DNA from: a virus
Lineage: Duplodnaviria > Caudoviricetes
Strand: one strand, 5' to 3'
DNA: 26,143 nt
Virus record (IMG/VR): IMGVR_UViG_3300020043_000588
Coordinates: 1-26,143 of that record
This document shows positions 9,874 to 18,160 of this stretch, piece by piece. The notes under the pieces are model-generated. The model saw nothing but the letters and a program-made list of their open reading frames with translations. It ran no database searches and was not told the DNA's origin. Every line of letters begins with the position of its first letter. The first letter of the stretch is position 1. The position numbers were made by a program, and so were the translations under genes.

Positions 9874-10476
9874 TTATTGATATTTCTGCATGTGTCTACG
9901 GAGAAGATCGACTAAACCGCCTTCGGCAAAGTCAGCGTATGCTGTTCTATCCCCATCCCACCATTTGTTGCCGTAGCTTCCAGCGCCTTTTTTTGGCGGC
10001 GGAGGTGGAGGTGGAGGTGGAGGTGGAGGCGGTGGTGGTGGTGGTGGCGGAGCCGCAGGAGCTGGCTTTGGAGTGCCAGCATAAGTGAAACCATAAGTTC
10101 CGTCTTCATTCTCGCCATTAAAAGAATACCCTTTTGCAAGCATCTCATCATAAGATGAGGGCGCTGCCGATACGAATGTAGGTGGCAGGGGCGGCTGAGG
10201 CGGTGTAAACACCGGCGCTGGCTGTGGAGTCGGCGCAGTGATGGGCGGAGGTGGAGGAACCGGCGCAGACGGCGGCGGAGGAGGTGGTGGCGGTGGTGGA
10301 GGGGGCGGAGGCGCGGGCTCAGGGGGAGGTGGGTTGTATGCATAAGAAGGCTCTTGCGCAGGCGTATACATAGGCTCAGGCGCAGCCGGGCGTGACGCTG
10401 CCGCCGCAGCCAAGCCACCAGCCAAACCTAAACCCAATCCCAAGCCGCCGCCGTCCGAAGATGCGGCGGAATCTAC
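9874..10476 (-). CDS. 200-aa polyproline-rich C-terminal extension of the 803-aa protein, reached by predicted -1 ribosomal frameshift (fusion 1003 aa)
   Basis: The ORF-track 189-aa ORF has only a TTG start and no SD. Its frame is open back through the C_CCA_AAG heptamer at the upstream gene's stop. It ends in FAEGGLVDLL, like neighbouring proteins. Confidence 0.75.
   Translation of the reverse strand, partial: VDSAASSDGGGLGLGLGLAGGLAAAAASRPAAPEPMYTPAQEPSYAYNPPPPEPAPPPPPPPPPPPPPPSAPVPPPPPITAPTPQPAPVFTPPQPPLPPTFVSAAPSSYDEMLAKGYSFNGENEDGTYGFTYAGTPKPAPAAPPPPPPPPPPPPPPPPPPPKKGAGSYGNKWWDGDRTAYADFAEGGLVDLLRRHMQKYQ
9994..10050 (-). repeat. (CCN)19 polyproline tract
   Basis: 19 consecutive Pro codons counted from the sequence. 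Confidence 0.9.
10270..10311 (-). repeat. (CCN)14 polyproline tract
   Basis: 14 consecutive Pro codons counted from the sequence. Confidence 0.9.
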
Positions 10477-10496
10477 TTTGGGGATCCAGACCCTCC
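10448..10496 (-). promoter_or_regulatory. Predicted -1 programmed ribosomal frameshift signal
   Basis: mRNA reads GGAGG-(9 nt)-C CCA AAG-UAGAUU-CCGCCG CA UC[UUCG]GA CGGCGG: internal SD, in-frame X_XXY_YYZ heptamer, 6-nt spacer, GC-rich hairpin with cUUCGg tetraloop. Confidence 0.8.
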
Positions 10497-12884
10497 AAGA
10501 CCCAACTTACCAAGTAGGGCGTCAACCGTCATCCCGCTGTCTGTATTGCCAGCCAACTTCGCACCGCCGCCTGCGCCCGCAAGAATTTCCTGCAAAGTGC
10601 TAGGCTGAGCCATGTTGTAGTTAGTTGCAGTAATAGGCATGCCTTGGAGCAGGGACTGCTGGAACTGAAGCATCTTGTATGGGTTCTCACGAGCCTCTTC
10701 AAACGCGGCTTTGTCTGCGGCAATACCTTCTGCCTCGATACCACGCTGTTGAGCGCCAAGAGCAGCTTGTTGTTGCAGTTGTTGTAAGCCCAATTGACCG
10801 CTAGAAATACCCAAGTTGCCCTGAGTCTGAGCTGCCTGAAGACCAGTCTGAAGACCTTTAAGTCCAAGATCAGCGCCAAACTGTTTGGATTGCTCGGAAG
10901 CTTGATTTGCGGCTTGTCCGTATTGAGCGGTGGACTGAGCGCCAGTCATAGCCTGACTTTGATTGAACTGACGAGCTGCTTCTTGGGCTTGCTGTGCAGA
11001 CATGCCGTACTTAGCCATCATGTCAGCGGCGGTCATACCCTGAGTAGCACCGAACTGCTTAGATTGCTCAGATGCCTGCTGTGCCTGCATGTTGCGGGCT
11101 TGGTCCGCATTGAACTGAGACATGGCATTCTGGTACGCAGTATCGTAGCCTTTACCGGTAATACCAGCCAAGTTAGAGCCGAGGTTACGCTGGTTTTCTG
11201 CGGTCAGGATAGCACTACGGCCACCACCAAACGCACCAGCCTTAGTCATTGCAGCTTTGTTGGCTTGCTCACTGATGTTTGACTGACGGCGAGCCTCTTC
11301 CAGTTGTGGGTTCAGAGAAGTCTGCAAGTACGGATTCATGTACTGCTGAGCTTGCTCCTGACCAAAAGTGCCTGACTTAAATGATGTACTTTGGTACGGG
11401 TCGGGCGCTTTGAACTGGTTTGTAAACTGAGTAGCAGCAGAGATTTCTGGTGCTTTAAACTGGTTAGAGAACTGCGTTGGTGCGTAGCTTGTGTTTTGAG
11501 CCTTGGCAGCAATATCTCCAGCCGTCTGTGTAGCTTGACCAACACTTCCGGGAACCGACAAATTACTAGCCGCATTGAATGCTTGCTGCTGCAAGCCAGA
11601 TGCACCCGCAGTCAGAGGGCCACCATACTGTTGATATGGAGCTTCAGCTAACGCACGGCCTTTACCCATCATGTCAGTGATGTACTCGCCCGCCCAACTT
11701 GCGGGGGCTTGTTCCGTGCCCGTCACGCCTGCTGCGGCGGCAGAACCCGTTGCCGAGCCACCGGTATTAAACCGCTTGACAGACCCGCCAGCGGCGTAAG
11801 CATTAGCCAGACCACCGGGCATAAACTTGTCGGGATTGATCTTCTTGCCTTGTTTCTTTGTGCCGGTACGAGCTTCACGGATTTTGTCCATCATGCTGTA
11901 CAACTTCTTAGCGCCAGCATCAGAGTTACCGTTGCCCAAATGAGACACAACATCGGCAGGGACAACAAACTCGCCATGGCTCAAAGCGGCAGGCTGGTCT
12001 TCCCCAATACGGGCTGGAATTCTGTCGGCCATGCCGTCAGTCTCGCCTTGCAAGTACCTACCGGTAGAACCGCCTTTGGCGTACCCAACATACGATTCTG
12101 GAGATGCATCTTCCCAGTTAAAACTTGGAGGCTCTACGTATTCTGGCATCTCATAATCTGGTATTTCTGCGCGAAGACGATCAAACTCAGCTTGAACTTC
12201 TTCGTCGCTTAACGATGGTAATTGCGGCCCACTCGCATTACGTCTAATTTGTTCATCAATTCCAGTGAACTCATCTGCGCCACCAGTAAAGCTACCACCA
12301 ATACGCTTCAAGATGGAAGCAATGTCACCAGAAGCACCGCCGGGCTTGCTTAGGTAGTTACCAAGCAGTGCGGCCAAACCAGCACCACCAGCTACTTTGG
12401 CAATGTTTCCTAAAGTAGAACTACCGCCACCACCGCTAGGAGGGGTATAAGCACCGGTGGGTTTGCCGGATACCGTGTAGTTAACATCACCGCCGTAGCT
12501 AACACCACCAGCCCCGGGACGGCTGCCAGCAGGGGGAGCCTTTACCATGTCGCGGTTGGCTGTGTATCGTGGTATACCGCCTTGATAGCCAGCTTTTTGG
12601 ATGTTGGGGGAAAATGCCCCAAGACCACCCGCCAAAGCGCCACCCAAAGCGCCAATAGTTCGCAGGTCTAAGTTACCAGTTTTCTTATCAGTAAAGATAC
12701 CCTTGATTAAGTCACCAATCCCGCCGGAATTGGGGTCAACGCCTTTTTGGATTTCGCTGTTGGTTGGCGACGATGCGTTATTCCATGGCGAAGTACTTCC
12801 GGGGGAGATGCCAATCAATTTATTAAAATCGTACCCGTCTTCGGGGATTTCGACTCCGCCTTCTGAACCGTATTTGCTTGCCAT
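10473..12884 (-). CDS. Putative internal virion/DNA pilot (ejection) protein
   Basis: 803 aa. Gly-zipper hydrophobic segments, YAKGG...DGMADRIPA...LSHGEFVVPADVVS domain, and a Q/A-rich coiled-coil region with YMNPY and GAFGGGR motifs typical of podovirus pilot-like proteins. Confidence 0.75.
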   Translation of the reverse strand: MASKYGSEGGVEIPEDGYDFNKLIGISPGSTSPWNNASSPTNSEIQKGVDPNSGGIGDLIKGIFTDKKTGNLDLRTIGALGGALAGGLGAFSPNIQKAGYQGGIPRYTANRDMVKAPPAGSRPGAGGVSYGGDVNYTVSGKPTGAYTPPSGGGGSSTLGNIAKVAGGAGLAALLGNYLSKPGGASGDIASILKRIGGSFTGGADEFTGIDEQIRRNASGPQLPSLSDEEVQAEFDRLRAEIPDYEMPEYVEPPSFNWEDASPESYVGYAKGGSTGRYLQGETDGMADRIPARIGEDQPAALSHGEFVVPADVVSHLGNGNSDAGAKKLYSMMDKIREARTGTKKQGKKINPDKFMPGGLANAYAAGGSVKRFNTGGSATGSAAAAGVTGTEQAPASWAGEYITDMMGKGRALAEAPYQQYGGPLTAGASGLQQQAFNAASNLSVPGSVGQATQTAGDIAAKAQNTSYAPTQFSNQFKAPEISAATQFTNQFKAPDPYQSTSFKSGTFGQEQAQQYMNPYLQTSLNPQLEEARRQSNISEQANKAAMTKAGAFGGGRSAILTAENQRNLGSNLAGITGKGYDTAYQNAMSQFNADQARNMQAQQASEQSKQFGATQGMTAADMMAKYGMSAQQAQEAARQFNQSQAMTGAQSTAQYGQAANQASEQSKQFGADLGLKGLQTGLQAAQTQGNLGISSGQLGLQQLQQQAALGAQQRGIEAEGIAADKAAFEEARENPYKMLQFQQSLLQGMPITATNYNMAQPSTLQEILAGAGGGAKLAGNTDSGMTVDALLGKLGLGGSGSPK

Positions 12885-12886
12885 AT

Positions 12887-14335
12887 TTAACCCCTCAAAA
12901 TTTGTAACAAGGCATCGACACTGAAGTCATCAACGTGCCCGCCATTAGAAAACCCATCATTACTAGCCTCTTGTTCTTGCCCCATCCCCGGCATTGGCAT
13001 TGCCATCGGCATGCCTGAAAAACCATCATCAGCATTAAGCGCAGAAGGCGGGACATAACTGCCCCCAAACAAGTCTTCCCCGTAAAGATCTTTGAATGAT
13101 TTTATATTAGCAACCCCAGCCTTGTCACTCGCCATCATGTTTAGCAAAGCGTTTTGTTGGTTTTGCTGTTGGTTAACCAGATTGGTAATGGCATCAACTG
13201 CTGGGTTTGCTCCCGTAGCCGGTGTTTTTGCTCCGGGAGCTGCTGGTGTGGCTGGCCCTTTAGTAGGCGCTTTAGCGCCACCGGGCATAGCTCCAGCTCT
13301 TTCCATCAACTCTTTGCCTGTCATGGCAGTATCCCGATCTGGCATGTAGCTCAGATCAATTTCTTCACCATTTTCGTTTGTCCAAACTCCGGGCTTGGTT
13401 AAACTGTATTCCCACTTCTGGTTAGGATCAATGTTGCCTGTTTCTGGGCCAAGCGGGTTTTGCAGTCCACCATTTTCATCCGGAACAAACTCACCAGTAA
13501 TTTCGTTGTAGTAACCCGAAGTAGAAGGAGTTTCATTTGGCATTGGCAAAATGCCGCCAAACGTTGGATCAAATACATTCTCTCTTCCGCCATCCGATGG
13601 CATTGTTGGCACAAAGTCTTCATCTGGACTTGGCATTGGCAACTCAGCTTCAGGCGCAATATATCCTTCACCGCCGGGCTTAAAGTACCCCTCAATAAAA
13701 TCGCCTTGATTGGGGCCGCTATTGCCTGCGGTTAAAGAATTGGTGTATTCGGCTAATGAATTTACACCAACATTCATGGCCGCATTGATGGCCGACTGCG
13801 TGCCATCCCCGCCCGCAAGCTCTGTTGCTACTGCTGCGTTGATTGATCTTTTTGCAGCTTCAGGTAGATCTCCAAACCCCGGTATGTCTCTGGTAATGGC
13901 TGCCGTACCTTCAGACAGTCCACCGGAAATTAAAGCAGATAAAGGGTCTTTACCTTGAACGGTTGCTATACCCGTGCCAGCCACAACTTTACCGGCGGAT
14001 TCAGCAAGAGCCTTATCCATGCCTGAATCTATAAAAGCACTAGCGGCTGTACCGGCAAGTTCTTTACCAACTACAGGAATGGCCGCAGCCATAATGCCTG
14101 CTTTAATATCCCCGCCGTTTAGCGCTGTATTGACCGCCGCATTTCCAACAAGCGTAGCTACCGTACCAGAAAGACCCATAGCACCGCCAAGGGCGGTACC
14201 AATGCCCGGTGCAAGAACTGATAGCCCAACCGTTAGTAGTTTTTTGGGGTCTTCAATAACCGCCTCAACTGTATTGAGGACTGGCTGAATGATTGCGTCG
14301 TCAATTTTGCGACCAATTTTTCTAACGAATCCCAT
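12887..14335 (-). CDS. Putative internal virion protein with N-terminal Gly/Ala-rich membrane-insertion region and acidic C-terminus
   Basis: 482 aa. Start overlaps upstream stop (TAATG). LLTVGLSVLAPGIGTALGGAMGL hydrophobic segment. C-terminal FSNGG...VDALL. Confidence 0.65.
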   Translation of the reverse strand: MGFVRKIGRKIDDAIIQPVLNTVEAVIEDPKKLLTVGLSVLAPGIGTALGGAMGLSGTVATLVGNAAVNTALNGGDIKAGIMAAAIPVVGKELAGTAASAFIDSGMDKALAESAGKVVAGTGIATVQGKDPLSALISGGLSEGTAAITRDIPGFGDLPEAAKRSINAAVATELAGGDGTQSAINAAMNVGVNSLAEYTNSLTAGNSGPNQGDFIEGYFKPGGEGYIAPEAELPMPSPDEDFVPTMPSDGGRENVFDPTFGGILPMPNETPSTSGYYNEITGEFVPDENGGLQNPLGPETGNIDPNQKWEYSLTKPGVWTNENGEEIDLSYMPDRDTAMTGKELMERAGAMPGGAKAPTKGPATPAAPGAKTPATGANPAVDAITNLVNQQQNQQNALLNMMASDKAGVANIKSFKDLYGEDLFGGSYVPPSALNADDGFSGMPMAMPMPGMGQEQEASNDGFSNGGHVDDFSVDALLQILRG

Positions 14336-14721
14336 TACAGACTCACTTTCGCTTCAAACTGGCCTTTTTTCTTTTTAATATCCAGTTTGTATTTTTTAGG
14401 AAGAAACTGTTTAAACAACTCCGAAACTTTTGGGTTGTCGTAAGGTGTTGTAGCTGTTTTGTACCCAAGCTTCTTAGCCATTTCAAAGAATTTGACTACG
14501 TTGGCTGCAAGGTTAGGCGGTGTATCTGCGTTAAAGCAATGAAACTCAACGTCATCATCGCCATCAGAATTTGAAAACACAATCAAAGTGTTGCCCTGTT
14601 GAACAAGATGGCCTCGGTGTTCTCTTATCTGCTGGTTAATGATGGCACGCAAATGCCCAGCCACAGTGCCGGGTTCGTGGTTGCGCTGAGCGTCTATTTC
14701 AAGAATTTCGTCTGGTGTCAT
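14335..14721 (-). CDS. Hypothetical protein, possibly GNAT-like (T7 gp13-like position)
   Basis: 128 aa, TAAGGA RBS. Alpha/beta pattern (LIVF...VEFHCFNAD...FFEMAKKLGYK). Precedes the internal virion genes. Function is inferred from position only. Confidence 0.55.
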   Translation of the reverse strand: MTPDEILEIDAQRNHEPGTVAGHLRAIINQQIREHRGHLVQQGNTLIVFSNSDGDDDVEFHCFNADTPPNLAANVVKFFEMAKKLGYKTATTPYDNPKVSELFKQFLPKKYKLDIKKKKGQFEAKVSL

Positions 14722-14730
14722 GTTAAATCC

Positions 14731-15435
14731 TTAAGGCAGTGCTGACACAAACGTTATAGACCCAATAACCGAAGGAGTAGCGGGGTACGGCATAGGGGTT
14801 GTTTGTGCAGCTTGGTAGTCAATATAAATGCCTGTTGCGCCTCCAGATGTAGCCGCTTGTTCTGTGCCCCACCACAAACCCACAAACTCTCCCGCGCTAA
14901 GGGGGAATACAACTTCTGAATACCCGCATACATAACTTGGTACACCGGCGCTTTTTCTCGCAGGAAGCGTAAAAATAGTTGTTGAGTTTGCTGCATCTTC
15001 AGCAGACGTATTACCATTTAAACGCAACCAAACAATAGCATCATGTGCCACGTTGTCATTGTTTGCAAATTGTAGGCTATATGTAATTTTGTAGATACCA
15101 GAAACTTGCGCAGTAGCCGTATTGTTTGCGTTTAGTGTGAAATCTTTTCCTGATTCCAAAGAACTCCATTGAATAATTGTTGGAGTATTAGCCGCCGTTG
15201 CGTATTGGATTGCTGCGTCTGATGCGGCAATATGTGGAAACTCAACTCCAGAGCCGTCAATCTCTCCTGAGCCAGTGTTCATCTGGCTCAAGATGTTTTG
15301 CAGACGGTTAAAGTACAAACGCAGAACGTTGTTCAGCTGGTCTTGGTATGCCTTGCTGTACTGATCTGTAGCCAACGGCAACGCAGGCGGCTCTACCCGC
15401 TGAAAGTCGTATTCCGTTGTGACAATCAAGCTCAT
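14731..15435 (-). CDS. Tail-associated protein with C-terminal C1q/TNF-like (BclA-C-like) domain
   Basis: 234 aa. N-terminal PALPLA...NNVLRLYFNRL helix, then beta-rich GIYKITYSLQF...VWLRLNG pattern. ATGA overlap with upstream gene. Confidence 0.65.
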   Translation of the reverse strand: MSLIVTTEYDFQRVEPPALPLATDQYSKAYQDQLNNVLRLYFNRLQNILSQMNTGSGEIDGSGVEFPHIAASDAAIQYATAANTPTIIQWSSLESGKDFTLNANNTATAQVSGIYKITYSLQFANNDNVAHDAIVWLRLNGNTSAEDAANSTTIFTLPARKSAGVPSYVCGYSEVVFPLSAGEFVGLWWGTEQAATSGGATGIYIDYQAAQTTPMPYPATPSVIGSITFVSALP

Positions 15436-17297
15436 GAGTTGCCCCTGCGACCGTCTTGTTTGATGTCAATACGGGGTGAACCAAGCTGCCATGCGCACCC
15501 AATCTGGGTAGATTCCACCTTCATAATCATCTGACGGCCACGAACCCTGACGTAAACCTGACCAGTAAACTCTTCAATTGGCACAGTGGCTGTACGTGCA
15601 ACCGTAGCATCTGAGTTACCACCCAAAGAGATAGGATCGTTGTAGCCTGATCCAGAGTTTTGCATGGGGATCAAAGTCATTGTGACTTGAGGCGACGCTG
15701 TGTCAGAACCACGGAATGTAATGTCAGGCAGGATACGCCACACAAAACCGAAGTGGTCGCCATCGTCAATGTCAAATTCCGTAGTCTCGATAACGGCTGT
15801 AATCGGCAAAGTTGTGCCGGTTTCATTGTCATCGTTACCCTGCTCATGGTAAACAATGTTGTACGTATACGTTGCAGCCATTGGATAATTGCGCAGAGCG
15901 GAGTCAATCCATGCTGTTCGGGCCATTGTTCCGTAAGCCCAGACATCCTCTAGGTAGTTGTACGTTACATAGCGGTCAACAGTGAACGACCCAGCCGAGC
16001 AGTAGAAGAACCAGATCTCGTTAAAGCCTTCATTGGTAGAAGCAAAGAACTGATCGGCTTGCTCCAAGTTAATGTCTTGGAAAACAAACTGACGCAAGTC
16101 ACAGCGCAGAGTCTGCACCCGACCGTCGTATTTGTAGAACTTATCAATGCCCATCCAGTACACCACACCAGTGGCGGTTGCAGCTGCGTTTGGCCCAGCA
16201 ACAGAAATGTTGTCACCCAACAACTGGGAACCCCAAACCGCTGGCGGCCCTTGGTACTGCAATGAATACAGAGCTGAGTCTGTAAATACAACAATCTCTT
16301 GACGAGTCTGAATTGCAGTAACAATCCTTGAGCCTTTAGATAGTTGTAAGCTACCAGCCTGATTTGTTGCTGACGGGAACCATTCCAAATAATCCTCTTG
16401 GTCAGACCAGCGGATTAGCATGGGGTTTTGGATGGCGCTTCCGTAGTCATTGCAACCAAATGCAAACGTGAAACGCGAAGCATCAGACACCAAAATAGAA
16501 CTCTGAACCACTGGGACGGAAGAAGCACCCACTACCCCAGAGATGGGAACTCCCCGTGAAGTCAACAACGAATTGACAGTCCAGACGTAGATCTCACCAC
16601 CATTGGGGGCAAAGAGTAAGTCTTCGCCAAAGTTAGCCTGTGACCAAATACGCATCCGGTCATTAGATTCCACACCAACACCCCAAGGCCCAGCGCCCCA
16701 TGGGCCAGCGCCCCAACCCACTAGAGGTAACGCATAAGGAGCGCCAATGTTAATTTGGTAGGCGGCAACCACTGAAGCACCGCCGCCCGTAGCAGTGGAA
16801 GTAGCGGCAGAGGCTGCGGTAATTGTGTACTGCGATGTAGATGTACCAGTAATGGTGATCTCGTACTCGCCGTTTAAATCAAGACCACCAACGGCTGTAG
16901 CGCCGCTAAAGGTCACAAAGTCACCGTCTGTATAACCACCAGCTGCGTCAGTTACCGTTACGGTCGTTGAGCCATTGACCGTAGCAAATGGGTTATTAGC
17001 CAGCGTTACCGTTGCCCTGAGTGGAGTAATGTCGTAATACAGCCCACCGTTCTCAATGTAGAACTTCAGGTTAGTGCCAATGCCCAGCAGATTCTGACCG
17101 CCCAGAGTTACCCAATTCCACAAAGAACGGCAAACACCTTGGAAAATAGCAGAAGAAATACGCTGCCAGCCACCAATTTTCTCTGGTGTGCCTTGACGGA
17201 AACGTACTTTGTCAGAAACGTAGTAACCGTTCTCCGATGTATAGCGAGTATTCTCCCTATTTACACCGGCTTTTTGCTGAAGTTTCTTTAATGGCAT
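15432..17297 (-). CDS. Tail tubular protein B / nozzle (phage stabilisation protein-like)
   Basis: 621 aa beta-rich. VRFRQGTPEKIGGW N-terminus, IRWSDQED, VYWMG...FYKYDG, C-terminal VRVRGRQ...WQLG...DGRR, all typical of podovirus nozzle proteins. Confidence 0.75.
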   Translation of the reverse strand: MPLKKLQQKAGVNRENTRYTSENGYYVSDKVRFRQGTPEKIGGWQRISSAIFQGVCRSLWNWVTLGGQNLLGIGTNLKFYIENGGLYYDITPLRATVTLANNPFATVNGSTTVTVTDAAGGYTDGDFVTFSGATAVGGLDLNGEYEITITGTSTSQYTITAASAATSTATGGGASVVAAYQINIGAPYALPLVGWGAGPWGAGPWGVGVESNDRMRIWSQANFGEDLLFAPNGGEIYVWTVNSLLTSRGVPISGVVGASSVPVVQSSILVSDASRFTFAFGCNDYGSAIQNPMLIRWSDQEDYLEWFPSATNQAGSLQLSKGSRIVTAIQTRQEIVVFTDSALYSLQYQGPPAVWGSQLLGDNISVAGPNAAATATGVVYWMGIDKFYKYDGRVQTLRCDLRQFVFQDINLEQADQFFASTNEGFNEIWFFYCSAGSFTVDRYVTYNYLEDVWAYGTMARTAWIDSALRNYPMAATYTYNIVYHEQGNDDNETGTTLPITAVIETTEFDIDDGDHFGFVWRILPDITFRGSDTASPQVTMTLIPMQNSGSGYNDPISLGGNSDATVARTATVPIEEFTGQVYVRVRGRQMIMKVESTQIGCAWQLGSPRIDIKQDGRRGNS

Positions 17298-17327
17298 GGC
17301 TTATTTTCCCATCAATTAAGGGATGCA

Positions 17328-17756
17328 TCAAGCATAAAGCCGTGTGCCAGTTTTGTCGATAATTAACGCCTGTTTTCTTGGGGCGGAATCGGGTGTATTT
17401 GGGATGCTGATATGCGTCCATCGGTCAAACTCACGAATGATTTGGTCGTAGGGCAGACCAGACGCAATAATTGTTTTAACCACTTCGTCAGGAGTCAGTT
17501 GAGGTACTCGGATGTCCACAGCACAACCAATCCGATGCTGACTAGTATCTTTAGAACCAACAGCATCATTGACTTGCTTGCTGCGAAAAGCAGAGTTAAC
17601 CATGACTGGTCTTCCGCCCAAGGCAGTTTTGACTTCCTCAAGGAACGCGGCGAGGCGCTTAAGGTTCTCCAACTCTTGCTCGTTTGGGGTGTTGTCATAC
17701 TGCCTGTGGTCTGTATGTGTAAGTTCTTCAAGCGTAAAGTGCGGCGTTAAATTCAT
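17328..17756 (-). CDS. Peptidase M15A-family endolysin
   Basis: LTPHFTLEEL N-terminus, NSAFRS...N..VG...SQH..G.AVD and WTHIS zinc-binding motifs. Adjacent to holin. Confidence 0.88.
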   Translation of the reverse strand: MNLTPHFTLEELTHTDHRQYDNTPNEQELENLKRLAAFLEEVKTALGGRPVMVNSAFRSKQVNDAVGSKDTSQHRIGCAVDIRVPQLTPDEVVKTIIASGLPYDQIIREFDRWTHISIPNTPDSAPRKQALIIDKTGTRLYA

Positions 17757-18160
17757 TTCTTCACCCTATCTGCAATTTTTTCCATGGTACGGCCACCAAA
17801 GTAGAAGGACATGACCAACATACCCCACTGCCCCAAAAGCTCTACATAAGCACCACGGGTTTCGTATTCAAAGATTGAGGCAATGGCAAACCCAGAGTAA
17901 GCCACCAGCAAAAAGATAAGTGTAAACGGGCGGATGTTCTTGGAAAGCCAAGAATCCGATGCCATGTCTGCTTTGACACGCTCTGTCAGATTGTTCTGCT
18001 CAACTTCAAATAGCTTAGTTTCGTTAGCCATCTTAGCCAGCTCACCATCCTGCGCCATCTTCTGGAGTTCAAGCTGCGCCTTGGCTTTGGCTTCTGGGTC
18101 AGGAATGAGTTTGTCAATGAGCTTGCCACCTACCGATAGGATTGCGTCTAGTCCAATCAT
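17753..18160 (-). CDS. Holin of 3TMs (GTA-type holin family)
   Basis: GGKLIDKLIPDP...DMASDSWLSKNIRP, two C-terminal TM segments, SFYFGGRTMEK terminus. Confidence 0.82.
   Translation of the reverse strand: MIGLDAILSVGGKLIDKLIPDPEAKAKAQLELQKMAQDGELAKMANETKLFEVEQNNLTERVKADMASDSWLSKNIRPFTLIFLLVAYSGFAIASIFEYETRGAYVELLGQWGMLVMSFYFGGRTMEKIADRVKK

Noticed and set aside
9988-9994. A_AAA_AAA run after P19 as a second -1 slip site
   Set aside because: The -1 frame stops after about 13 codons, no stimulatory element is evident, and it would delete the FAEGG motif.
9994-10330. G-rich plus strand as functional G-quadruplex or CRISPR-like repeat
   Set aside because: Fully explained by Pro codons on the minus strand; no repeat-spacer structure.
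9874-10443. 189-aa ORF as an independently initiated gene
   Set aside because: TTG start lies just after a strong hairpin with no SD, and the internal ATG also lacks an SD. The -1 frameshift explains it better.
10473-10483. Frame break as pseudogene or sequencing error
   Set aside because: The break coincides with an in-frame heptamer, upstream SD and correctly spaced UUCG hairpin, which is unlikely by chance. Not fully excluded without reads.
17298-17327. TGGGAAAAT as an extended -10 late promoter before the nozzle gene
   Set aside because: Weak match, single instance, and it may simply be the RBS region.
17495-17731. Nested hydrophobic ORF in the endolysin (Rz1-like or lysis peptide)
   Set aside because: No SD at its possible starts and no lipobox; hydrophobicity is expected from the shifted frame of the host codons.
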